From Vicinamibacterales bacterium (GTDB lineage: Bacteria; Acidobacteriota; Vicinamibacteria; Vicinamibacterales; UBA8438): 64,000 nt of DNA. Positions within the stretch are counted from its first letter, which is position 1. Each line of letters begins with the position of its first letter. Of this stretch, positions 10,214 to 19,883 are shown piece by piece. The notes below the pieces were generated by a model. The model searched no databases. It saw only the letters and a list, made by a program, of their open reading frames with translations, and was not told the origin of the DNA. Where the stretch lies: the NCBI GenBank assembly GCA_965208535.1, contig CBDBOU010000003.1, positions 282,623 through 346,622 on the forward strand. Direction: 5' to 3'. Position numbers and translations under genes: made by a program.

Positions 10214-10561
10214 TTGCGGATGGTTCGGACCATGGCAACCTCCGGATCGGCTCCAGGTAGTGACGCTCGCGCACAGTCGTCGCAATCGGACGGCGAACTC
10301 CAGTCGATTGCGTCCGGGCCGGCACAGTTCCTGCTTCAGTCGATAGGCGGCATGCGCGAATCGATAGGAGGGCTGAAGCAGGCCGTCGAGACTCTCAAGG
10401 CGCAATACGAGGACCAGGCCAAGAAGCTCGACACGTTGAGCCACAGGATGTACGCGGCTGGCGCCGTTCTCGCGGTCCTCACCGCTGTGCTCGCCTGGAT
10501 AGTGAACAATCTCGCGAGCGTGGTGCGCGCCCTCGAGACGTTGGCCGGCACGCCTCGATGA
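10214..10561 (+). CDS. Hypothetical small protein with a coiled-coil segment and C-terminal TM helix
   Basis: 115 aa ORF with acceptable GC3. KQAVETLKAQYEDQAKKLDTL is followed by the hydrophobic AAGAVLAVLTAVLAWIV. The start is uncertain (TTG 10214, ATG 10220 or ATG 10232). Confidence 0.45.
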   Translation: MRMVRTMATSGSAPGSDARAQSSQSDGELQSIASGPAQFLLQSIGGMRESIGGLKQAVETLKAQYEDQAKKLDTLSHRMYAAGAVLAVLTAVLAWIVNNLASVVRALETLAGTPR

Positions 10562-10739
10562 GTTTCCACCCCGTTCCCGCGACAGGAGCGGGCATCGTCG
10601 ATGCTGCGGACTGAAGCGTGAAGGCGCGGACCGTGCGTCGGCCGCCGCGACAACCCTGGTTGACTTCGAGCCGCAGGTTCCGCTTGCGGCCCGCGGATCG
10701 GCGCTGGGCAATCGCTGCGTTCCGGGCGGGGCTCGGCGC

Positions 10740-11996
10740 TCAGTCGACCGGCTCTATGCGCAGCAGGGCGGCGGCCCCGCGCTCGGGATCGCGACCGAGG
10801 AAACTGCCCCCCGTGAGCACGTACAACAGGCCGTCGGGGCCCTGATCCACATCGCGGATGCGTCGCCGGAGGTCGGCGAGCAGCCATTCCCGCCGCTCCT
10901 CCATACCCTGCCGGTTGAACTCGATCCGCTCGACGTGGCCGGTCCGATCGATGCGGCCGGTCATCAGCGAGCCGGCGAAGAGGTCGCCGCGCCAGGCGGG
11001 AAACCGGTCGCCGCTGTAGAACACCAGGCCCGAGGGGGCGATGGAGGGGATCCAGACGATTTCCGGCTGCTCCATGTTCTCCTGCCAGGGCCGCTCCGAC
11101 ACGCGCGGGCCGTAGTACTCCCGCGAGTAGGAGACCACCGGCCAGCCGTAGTTGCGGCCGGGCAGGATGAGGTTGACCTCGTCGCCGCCCATCGGCGCGT
11201 GCTCGCTCGCCCATACCGCGCCGGTCTCCGGGTGAATCGCGATTCCCATCGGGTTGCGGTGGCCGATGGAGAACACCTCGGGTTGCGCCCCGTTCCGGCC
11301 GACGAACGGATTGTCGTCCGGCGCGGCGCCGTCGTCCCGCAGCCGCAGGATCTTGCCGACGTGGCTCGCCGGATCCTGCGCCAGCGGCCTTCGCCCGCCG
11401 AAGGCGCCGCCCACCGACATGTAGAGCATGCCGTCGGGTCCGAATGCCAACCGTGAAGCGCCGCCGTTCATCTCCGCGTCGGCGACGAAGACGTCCCGGA
11501 CCTCGGACAGCGCCGCGCCCTCGAAGCGGCCGCGGGCGAGCGCGACCGTCGACCCGTCCGCGGCCGGCTTGGAGTAGGTGAGATACACCAGCCGGTTCTG
11601 CGCGAAGTCCGGGTGCACGGCCACGTCCATCAGGCCCTCGAGCTGCCCCTGGAGCGAGACCTCGGGGACGCCGGCGATGGGAGTCGGGTCGAGCACGCCG
11701 TCGCGGACCCGCCGCAGCGTACCCAGGCGCTCGGTGACGAGCACGTTGCCGTCCGGCAGGAATGCGAAGCCCCACGGGTAGGTCAGCTCGTCCGTGACGA
11801 CCGAGACGCGGATCCGCTGGTGCTGGGCCGTGTTATAGACGACGGGTTCGTCCGGCAAGGGTACCGGGGGGATCCCGTCCGCGGCGAACGGCTCCGGCTC
11901 GGGCTGCTGTTCCGCGGGTTCCTGTGCGTCGGAGGCGGCCGTCGGGAGCATCACGCACGCCGTCGAGAACAGGAGCACGGCGACAGGTCGATTCAT
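10740..11996 (-). CDS. PQQ-dependent sugar (glucose/sorbosone) dehydrogenase, soluble beta-propeller type
   Basis: 418 aa with a signal peptide. Motifs PWGFAFLPDG, GHRNPMGIA and NYGWP are typical of the YliI/sGDH family. Confidence 0.85.
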   Translation of the reverse strand: MNRPVAVLLFSTACVMLPTAASDAQEPAEQQPEPEPFAADGIPPVPLPDEPVVYNTAQHQRIRVSVVTDELTYPWGFAFLPDGNVLVTERLGTLRRVRDGVLDPTPIAGVPEVSLQGQLEGLMDVAVHPDFAQNRLVYLTYSKPAADGSTVALARGRFEGAALSEVRDVFVADAEMNGGASRLAFGPDGMLYMSVGGAFGGRRPLAQDPASHVGKILRLRDDGAAPDDNPFVGRNGAQPEVFSIGHRNPMGIAIHPETGAVWASEHAPMGGDEVNLILPGRNYGWPVVSYSREYYGPRVSERPWQENMEQPEIVWIPSIAPSGLVFYSGDRFPAWRGDLFAGSLMTGRIDRTGHVERIEFNRQGMEERREWLLADLRRRIRDVDQGPDGLLYVLTGGSFLGRDPERGAAALLRIEPVD

Positions 11997-12014
11997 GGTC
12001 GTTCTCCCGCCGGC

Positions 12015-12443
12015 TCAGCCGGCCGGCGCAATGTCGAATCCGAGCGCCACCGCGTTGTCGCGGATGCGTTCGTCCAGCGACAGGACCTGCAGCTCCGTAA
12101 CCAGGTTGCGGGCCACCAGCGCCGTGGACAGGTGAACGGCATCGAGCGACCGGACCGGCTCTCGCGGGAACGCCTGCCGCGACCGTGTCACGACATCGCT
12201 GTCGACGGCGAGCACGACCCAATGCTCGGATGCCGCGCCGAGCGTCGCTCGGCGCCTGGCGACGTCGGCGTGACTGCGTTCACCGAGAGCCGCCGCGCGG
12301 CCGAGAACGCGGTCACATTCGATCAGCGTCAGGTCGGACGTGACCACGAGGTCGGCGTCGCCCAGCGCCTGTTTCGCCCCGCGTCCGGAACGCTCGCCGA
12401 GCAACCAGGCCAGGACGGCGCTCGACTCGGCGTAGACGTTCAC
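12015..12443 (-). CDS. vapC: PIN-domain toxin VapC (TA module 1)
   Basis: 142 aa. The size, acidic residues (D..E..D) and the LDAVHL motif fit a PIN domain. The gene overlaps the upstream antitoxin by 4 nt. Confidence 0.75.
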   Translation of the reverse strand: MNVYAESSAVLAWLLGERSGRGAKQALGDADLVVTSDLTLIECDRVLGRAAALGERSHADVARRRATLGAASEHWVVLAVDSDVVTRSRQAFPREPVRSLDAVHLSTALVARNLVTELQVLSLDERIRDNAVALGFDIAPAG

Positions 12444-12730
12444 CGATCGCCCCGTTCCTCAGCGAGCAGTCGCCGCGCGGATCCGGAGGGCAGGAACGGT
12501 TCCTGGGAGGGATACAGATCGCGCCGGTTCGGACCGCCGATGCGCGCCTTGCCGGCGCGGGCGTGGCGTGCGAGCCCGGGGTACGCGGCGGCCGCCGGCA
12601 CGCGGGACGGCTGACGCAACTCGGCCACGACTTCGCCGCGATGCGTGATCAGTATCTCCTCGCCGCGGCGCACCATCCGCAGATGCTCGCTGAGGCGGTT
12701 CTTCAACTCCCGAACGCCGACCGTGATCAT
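12440..12730 (-). CDS. Phd/YefM-family antitoxin (TA module 1)
   Basis: 96 aa. The N-terminus MITVGVRELKNRLSEHLRMVRRGEEILITHRGEVVAEL is typical of Phd/YefM. Confidence 0.8.
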   Translation of the reverse strand: MITVGVRELKNRLSEHLRMVRRGEEILITHRGEVVAELRQPSRVPAAAAYPGLARHARAGKARIGGPNRRDLYPSQEPFLPSGSARRLLAEERGDR

Positions 12731-12736
12731 GCGCCT

Positions 12737-12760
12737 ATTGTAGTCTCTTGTGGCTACAAT
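12737..12760 (-). promoter_or_regulatory. Inverted repeat ATTGTAG-N10-CTACAAT with embedded TACAAT -10 box; probable promoter/operator of TA module 1
   Basis: Minus strand reads ATTGTAGCCACAAGAGACTACAAT-AGGCGC-ATG. The -10 hexamer ends 6 nt before the ATG and there is no SD, which suggests a leaderless mRNA. Confidence 0.5.
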
Positions 12761-12769
12761 AGGTGGAGT

Positions 12770-13192
12770 CTACTTCGGGTTCTCCCGGCCGATCATCACC
12801 TCGGTCGCCTTGACGATGGCGGTCGCCTCGTCGCCCCGCCGCAGGCCCAGCTCGTCGACCGCGTCACGGGTGATGACCGCGGTGAGCTGCTGGTCGCCGA
12901 TCCGGATCCGAACCTGCGCGAGCAGGCCTTCGCGGCGCACCTCCTCGACGATGCCGCGCAGGCGATTGCGGCCGCTGAGCGAGACCAGGACGCCGCCCGG
13001 ACCCCGCCGCCGGTCCCGGCGGGGAAGCGTGCCGCGGGCGGCCAGCAGCCGCGCGACCTCCTGCTCCGAGATGCGGTAGTGTCCACCCTCGGTCCGGGAC
13101 GTGCGTACGCTTCCCTTGTAGATCCACTGCTTCAGAGTGGAGTAGCCCACGCCGAGCCGTCCGGCCGCTTCCCGCACCGTCAGGAATCCCAT
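12770..13192 (-). CDS. MerR/excisionase-type HTH fused to a TOBE (molybdate-binding, Mop-like) domain; putative molybdate-responsive regulator
   Basis: C-terminal 140 aa of ORF 12770..13981. MGFLTVREAAGRLGVGYSTLKQWIYKG is the HTH. NRLRGIV..V.I..G...L.AVITR.A..ELGL..GDEA.A.VKA is the TOBE signature. Confidence 0.75.
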   Translation of the reverse strand: MGFLTVREAAGRLGVGYSTLKQWIYKGSVRTSRTEGGHYRISEQEVARLLAARGTLPRRDRRRGPGGVLVSLSGRNRLRGIVEEVRREGLLAQVRIRIGDQQLTAVITRDAVDELGLRRGDEATAIVKATEVMIGRENPK

Positions 13193-13263
13193 GCTTGCAT
13201 GCGAACCGCTCGGGCGAGTGTAGCCTCCACGCGGAGGGCTGCTCCACGTTGGCGGGTCGTGCG

Positions 13264-13773
13264 TCACGAAGCCACCCGCACGATCTCGCGGATGTCCTGC
13301 CGGTCGACCTCGCGGTCGAGTCGGCGCTTCTGGTCCAGGAGTTGCGCATGCGGCATCACCGGCGCGTCGACCTCCATGACCCGCAGAAGCACGGACGACG
13401 TGACGTCGATGCCCGCGTCGCGCCACGCCCCCGTTGCCGCCTCCTTGAAGCGCGCGGTCTCGATGACGCACACGTCGATCGTCGTCCCGTCGCGCGACAG
13501 CGACAGGGCTACGCGATCCCAGGCATCGTCCATCCGGCGCCAGGGGTAGTCGACGACGTGCTCCTCGGCGGCCCGCAAGAGTGCGGGCACGTGCTCGGCC
13601 GCCACGAAGAGCTCCACGCTGCGGATCGGACGTGTGGCGCCGTGCGCGGCCGCAGCGACATCCCCGGTCAACTGAAACGGAATGCCGGAGGCGTCGAGCA
13701 GGCCGCACACCCAGCGCAGCGCCGCGGTCGGTGGCTCGCCGGTCGCCTCGGCTCCATCCGGCGCCGTGGTCAT
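13264..13773 (-). CDS. Lnu/ANT(2'')-like nucleotidyltransferase-fold protein with a non-canonical catalytic motif
   Basis: C-terminal 169 aa of ORF 13264..14574. [28 protein letters not shown] aligns to the G-G..G..R.H.DIDI pattern, but SVEL stands in place of DIDI. ATGA overlap with the macro gene. Confidence 0.55.
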   Translation of the reverse strand: MTTAPDGAEATGEPPTAALRWVCGLLDASGIPFQLTGDVAAAAHGATRPIRSVELFVAAEHVPALLRAAEEHVVDYPWRRMDDAWDRVALSLSRDGTTIDVCVIETARFKEAATGAWRDAGIDVTSSVLLRVMEVDAPVMPHAQLLDQKRRLDREVDRQDIREIVRVAS

Positions 13774-14303
13774 TCGGATGTTCCGTCCCCGTGCGCCCGG
13801 AGCGCACGTTCGAACGCAGCCCGCACCCGCGGCTCGAAGCAAACGAAGTCGACACGCTCGACCGAGGCCGCGCCGGCCAGTGCCTGCGCCACGGTCCTGA
13901 CCGCAACCGCCGCCGCCTGCTCCGGCGGATACCCGTAGACGCCGCAACCGATCGCCGCGAAGGCGATGGTGCGCAGCCCATGCTCGTGGGCCAGCTCGAT
14001 CGCCCGTCGATAGCAGCCGGCGAGCTGCTTCGGCTCGCCCCTCGATCCGCCGCGCCAGACCGGGCCGGCGGCGTGGATCACGTGGCGTGCCGGCAGGTCG
14101 TACGCGGCGGTCATCTTCGCGTCGCCGGTTGCGCATCCGCCAAGCGTGCGGCACTCGGCCAGGAGCCCGGGTCCGGCGGCGCGGTGAATCGCGCCGTCCA
14201 CGCCGCCGCCGCCGAGCAGGCTCGTGTTGGCGGCATTGACTATCGCGTCGACGTCGAGCTTCGTGATGTCGGCGGTGGTGACGCGCAGGCGCTCGCGGGA
14301 CAT
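13770..14303 (-). CDS. Macro domain protein (O-acetyl-ADP-ribose deacetylase / ADP-ribose hydrolase, YmdB-like)
   Basis: 177 aa. Motifs [34 protein letters not shown] and [14 protein letters not shown] are present. Confidence 0.9.
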   Translation of the reverse strand: MSRERLRVTTADITKLDVDAIVNAANTSLLGGGGVDGAIHRAAGPGLLAECRTLGGCATGDAKMTAAYDLPARHVIHAAGPVWRGGSRGEPKQLAGCYRRAIELAHEHGLRTIAFAAIGCGVYGYPPEQAAAVAVRTVAQALAGAASVERVDFVCFEPRVRAAFERALRAHGDGTSE

Positions 14304-14395
14304 CGGATCGGACGGGGTTCACGCGGATCGACGCAACGAGTAGTATACGGAGGTGAGGAGTCGCGCCGAATGAAAGACTCCTCGTGAGGATGGGT

Positions 14396-14433
14396 TGGGC
14401 GGAAAGCGGAGCCGCGAGGCGACGGTTTCCGGG
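14396..14433 (+). repeat. Copy of a short GC-rich dispersed repeat (GGGCGG..AAnCGGAGCC..AGGCGACG..TTCCGGGG)
   Basis: GGGCGGAAAGCGGAGCCGCGAGGCGACGGTTTCCGGGC resembles the sequences at 56528, 56633 and 57420. Confidence 0.5.
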
Positions 14434-14484
14434 CTGCGTCTCGGCGGCGTCCGGTTCGGTCGTTCGTCTCACGGGGGAGGGCCC

Positions 14485-15690
14485 ATGCCGAGAAAAGTCA
14501 CCCGTCGGGATCTTCTGGCCGGGGCAGCCGGCGCCATCGGTGCTGCCACGCTCGCACCCGAAAGCCGCGTCCACGCGCAGGACACGACGAAGTCGCAGGG
14601 TGCGCCGTCGAGCGAGCTGGGCGCGCGGTCATCCCACGAGCCTTTGGTGCGGGGGGCGGTGACCGGCACCTCGTCGCGCACGCCGCTACAGGACCTGCAC
14701 GGCATGATCACGCCGTCGGATGTCCACTTCGAGCGGCACCACGGCGGCATTCCGACGATCGATCCCGACGACTACCGCCTCCTGATCCACGGCATGGTCG
14801 AGCGGCCGACGATCCTGACGCTCGCCGACCTGAAGCGCTTCCCGGCCACGTCGCGGATTTGTTTCCTCGAATGCTCCGGCAACTACCCGCAGGCGGCGGG
14901 GCCGGAGACGAAGCCGGAGAACGTCTGCGGCATGACCGCCACCACCGAGTGGACCGGCGTCACGCTCTCGACCCTGTTCCGTGAGGTGGGTGCGAGCCCG
15001 GACGCGACGTGGTTCCTGGCCGAGGGGCAGGACGCCGCGGTAATGACGCGCAGCGTTCCGATGGAGAAGGCCTGGGACGACGCCATGGTGGCCTACGCGC
15101 AGAACGGCGAGGCGCTCCGGCCGCCGCAGGGCTACCCCGCGCGGCTCCTCCTGCCGGGGTGGGAGGGCAACTCGAACGTCAAGTGGCTGCGCCGCATCGA
15201 GTTGGCCGACCAGCCGTTCATGACGCGCGAGGAGACCTCGAAGTACACCGATCCGATGGCGGACGGCACGGCCCGGCAGTTCAGCTTCGTCTTCGACGCC
15301 CGCTCGGTCATCACGTCGCCCGCCTACCCCGACGTGGTCGAGCCGGGCTGGATAGAGCTCCGCGGCATCGCCTGGTCGGGGCGGGGCACCATCGCGAGGG
15401 TGGACGTCAGCACCGACGGCGGCCGGACGTGGGAGGAGGCGCGCCTTCAGGAACCCGTCCTGCGGCAGGCGCACACCCGCTTCCGGCACCTGTGGCGTTG
15501 GGACGGCTCGGAAACCGAGATCATGAGCCGGGCGACCGACGACACCGGCTACGTGCAGCCGACCCGCGCCGCGTTGCGCGCCGCCCGCGGGCGCCGGGCG
15601 CGCCGGTATCACCTCAATCCGATCACCGCCTGGCGCATCCAGCCGAACGGGCAGGTCTACTACCGGGAGGAGCCGCCGTGGGACGCCTGA
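14485..15690 (+). CDS. sorA: Sulfite dehydrogenase molybdopterin subunit (SorA / sulfite oxidase family), Tat-exported
   Basis: ATG at 14485 is preceded by GGGGGAGG. Tat signal RRDLLAGAAG and Mo-ligand context FLECSGNY are present. A cytochrome c gene follows. Confidence 0.85.
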   Translation: MPRKVTRRDLLAGAAGAIGAATLAPESRVHAQDTTKSQGAPSSELGARSSHEPLVRGAVTGTSSRTPLQDLHGMITPSDVHFERHHGGIPTIDPDDYRLLIHGMVERPTILTLADLKRFPATSRICFLECSGNYPQAAGPETKPENVCGMTATTEWTGVTLSTLFREVGASPDATWFLAEGQDAAVMTRSVPMEKAWDDAMVAYAQNGEALRPPQGYPARLLLPGWEGNSNVKWLRRIELADQPFMTREETSKYTDPMADGTARQFSFVFDARSVITSPAYPDVVEPGWIELRGIAWSGRGTIARVDVSTDGGRTWEEARLQEPVLRQAHTRFRHLWRWDGSETEIMSRATDDTGYVQPTRAALRAARGRRARRYHLNPITAWRIQPNGQVYYREEPPWDA

Positions 15691-15701
15691 CATCGAAGGA
15701 G

Positions 15702-16304
15702 ATGTTCACCACGCCGTTGCTGGCCGCCGCGCTTGCGCTTGGCGGCGCCGGGCTCCTGCTCGCGGGGCCGGCCGCGGCACAGAACGGCGGCGGGGCGGCG
15801 CAGGGCGCGCAGGAGCAGTTCGGCTTTGGACGCGCGGCCACCGCGGAGGAGATTGCCGCCTGGGACATCGACGTCATGCCCGACGGTACAGGCCTCCCCG
15901 AGGGCGAAGGAACGGCCGCGAGCGGCGCGCCGATCTATGCGCAGCAATGCGCCGTGTGCCACGGGCAGACCGGCGAGGGGGGCATCGCGGACCGGCTGGT
16001 GGGGTATACGCCGGAGACCACGCCGCCGTTCGGGCCGCGCTACGAGGAGTGGCGCGGCGACGGCCCCGACGTGACGTACTCGGTCGGCAACTACTGGCCC
16101 TACGCCACGACCCTGTTCGACTACATCCGCCGCGCGATGCCGTCGAACGCGCCCGGCACGCTGGAAGCCGACCAGGTCTACGGTCTCGTCGCCTGGATAC
16201 TGGCCGAGAACGGCCTCATCGGCACCGACGAGGCGATGAACGCCACGACGCTGCCGGCCGTGGAGATGCCGGCCCGCGACATCTTCGTCCCGCAGGAGCG
16301 CTGA
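15702..16304 (+). CDS. sorB: Monoheme cytochrome c, SorB-like electron acceptor
   Basis: ATG at 15702 is preceded by AAGGAG. A signal peptide and the heme motif CAVCH are present. Confidence 0.8.
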   Translation: MFTTPLLAAALALGGAGLLLAGPAAAQNGGGAAQGAQEQFGFGRAATAEEIAAWDIDVMPDGTGLPEGEGTAASGAPIYAQQCAVCHGQTGEGGIADRLVGYTPETTPPFGPRYEEWRGDGPDVTYSVGNYWPYATTLFDYIRRAMPSNAPGTLEADQVYGLVAWILAENGLIGTDEAMNATTLPAVEMPARDIFVPQER

Positions 16305-16430
16305 CCGAAGGCCAATCGCGGTCATGCGCCAGGAACGCCGGTCAGGACTGCCCGGGCGGCGGACCGCCACGTGGACAGCGGATTCACCTGTCTGACCGTA
16401 GCGCTGGTCTGTACTCGCGGATTCGCGTAG

Positions 16431-16452
16431 AATGGCTATATATATAGCCATT
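16431..16452 (+). promoter_or_regulatory. Perfect 22 bp palindrome AATGGCTATATATATAGCCATT; probable operator/-10 region of TA module 2
   Basis: The sequence is exactly self-complementary. It lies 17 nt upstream of the antitoxin ATG (16469), with GGAGG in between. Confidence 0.6.
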
Positions 16453-16468
16453 TGGAGGCGAAGCGATC

Positions 16469-16756
16469 ATGTCCGCGGTGCCCATTGCCGAAGCGCGCAA
16501 CACCTTGACCCGGCTGATCCGCAAGGCCGAGGACGGAGAACCGGTGCACATCACCCGGCGTGGAGAACCGGTCGCCGTTCTGATCTCGAGCGAAGAGTAC
16601 GAGCGACTCCAGTCGGGCGAACCAAGGAAAGACTTCTGGCAAGCGATAGAGGATTGGCGCGCGCAGGCAGGTTTCGACTGGCCGGAGTTGACGCCGGCAG
16701 AAGTGGACGGGTGGCGAGATCGCCGCCCTCCCCGGGAGTTCTCATGGCCGGACTGA
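16469..16756 (+). CDS. Phd/YefM-family antitoxin (TA module 2)
   Basis: 95 aa. The N-terminus MSAVPIAEARNTLTRLIRKAEDGEPVHITRRGEPVAVLIS.EEYERL is typical of the family. Confidence 0.85.
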   Translation: MSAVPIAEARNTLTRLIRKAEDGEPVHITRRGEPVAVLISSEEYERLQSGEPRKDFWQAIEDWRAQAGFDWPELTPAEVDGWRDRRPPREFSWPD

Positions 16757-17193
16757 GGTACCTGCTCGACACGAACGTGCTTTCCGAGCCCTCGCGGCCC
16801 AGCCCCGATGCCGGTGTCCAATTCCGCCTCCGCGCTCATCGGCACGAAGTGTGTGCAGGGGCTCCGATTCTGTACGAGATGCGGTACGGGTTGGCGCGGA
16901 TGCCGGACGGAGCGCGCAAGCGGCAACTGGTCCGCTACCTGCAGGACGTCTTGCGACAACCGCTGACGATCCTGCCGTACGATCGCGATGCCGCGCTTTG
17001 GCACGCCGAGGAACGCGCTCGGCTGACCGCCAGCGGGCACACGCCGCCCTACGTCGATGGCCAGATCGCTGCCATTGCAGCGACGAACGACTTGACGCTG
17101 GTCACGCGCAACACCGACGATTTCGCCAACTTCGCCAACCTGAAAGTGGCGAACTGGTTCGGCCGACCACCAACACGAGTGCACGACGCCTGA
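16744..17193 (+). CDS. vapC: PIN-domain toxin VapC/FitB-like (TA module 2)
   Basis: Starts MAGLRYLLDTNVLSE, inside ORF 16432..17193. IAAIAATNDLTLVTRNTDDF is the C-terminal PIN motif. The gene overlaps the antitoxin by 13 nt. Confidence 0.85.
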   Translation: MAGLRYLLDTNVLSEPSRPSPDAGVQFRLRAHRHEVCAGAPILYEMRYGLARMPDGARKRQLVRYLQDVLRQPLTILPYDRDAALWHAEERARLTASGHTPPYVDGQIAAIAATNDLTLVTRNTDDFANFANLKVANWFGRPPTRVHDA

Positions 17194-17248
17194 CTCCGCA
17201 CGACTTGCGGAGTCTCGTTTACGTAATTGTGTGTATCATGAGGCGACT

Positions 17249-17500
17249 ATGACCTTGGATGCACAGCGCGCCAGACTCAGCATCGACGTGACGCGGGAAA
17301 CACGGCGGCGTATCCGCCTCGCTGCAGCGCAGCGAGACCAGTCCATTCGGCAGTACGTGTCGGAAGCTATCGAAGCACGACTGCAAGACGACCTGCCTGA
17401 TGAGACGGCGGCCGATCTGGTCGCGCTGAGAGCCTCTGCGGACCCAGTGCTCGCCGAGTTGTGGGACAACCCTGCCGATGCCGCGTACGACGACCTCTGA
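17249..17500 (+). CDS. Ribbon-helix-helix (CopG-like) antitoxin (TA module 3)
   Basis: MTLDAQRARLSIDVTRETRRRIRLAAAQRDQSIRQYVSEAIEARL is a typical RHH N-terminus. ATG at 17249 is preceded by GAGG; ATG at 17231 is the alternative start. Confidence 0.75.
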   Translation: MTLDAQRARLSIDVTRETRRRIRLAAAQRDQSIRQYVSEAIEARLQDDLPDETAADLVALRASADPVLAELWDNPADAAYDDL

Positions 17501-17825
17501 CCGGGGCGCGATCGTCCTCGTCAGATTCGTCTTCGCGGACGAAAAGGGTGCGAAGCGACGCCCAGCCCTGATTCTGAGCACGGATGCGTACCACGCAGGC
17601 CGGCGAGAAGTCCTCGTGGCAGCCATCACGAGCAATGTCGAACGGTTGCTCGTCGGCGACTACCAGATTGCGCAGTGGCGCGAGGCAGGCCTTCTCTCTC
17701 CATCCGTCGTGACCGGCATCATCAGGACCATCAAGCGCGACATGATCGAAGAGATTCTGGGCATGCTGCGCGCTCCCGATCTTGTCGCTGTCGAGCGGCA
17801 CGTGAGGGCGTCGTTGGGACTGTGA
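17478..17825 (+). CDS. mazF: MazF/PemK-family endoribonuclease toxin (TA module 3)
   Basis: 115 aa. GAIVLVRF.F.D..G.KRRPALILS and VAAITSN are present. The gene overlaps the antitoxin by 23 nt. Confidence 0.8.
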   Translation: MPRTTTSDRGAIVLVRFVFADEKGAKRRPALILSTDAYHAGRREVLVAAITSNVERLLVGDYQIAQWREAGLLSPSVVTGIIRTIKRDMIEEILGMLRAPDLVAVERHVRASLGL

Positions 17826-17941
17826 CGCTCCTCGCGCTGCCGGTCAGAGCAAGTACGCTCCACTAACGGATTCCTTGCGCAGTTCCGGACGAACAACCGT
17901 CCCGGTGACCTTCCGGGAGATCTGAGTCACGCCGGCGCGGC

Positions 17942-19702
<1,761 letters not shown>

Positions 19703-19883
19703 GACTCCTGCCTCAACGCTTCCGCAACAGGCCGCCGTTGCCCTTGAACGCGCATCATGACCGGGATCGACGGTCGCACGCAACGTCGATGCGCGATAGG
19801 GCGCGGTCACCATTCGATGGCCGGTCTGCCCCCTGGCACGCGGGACACTTGCGTTGGAATCTGAATTCGCCTTCCATCGAGCT

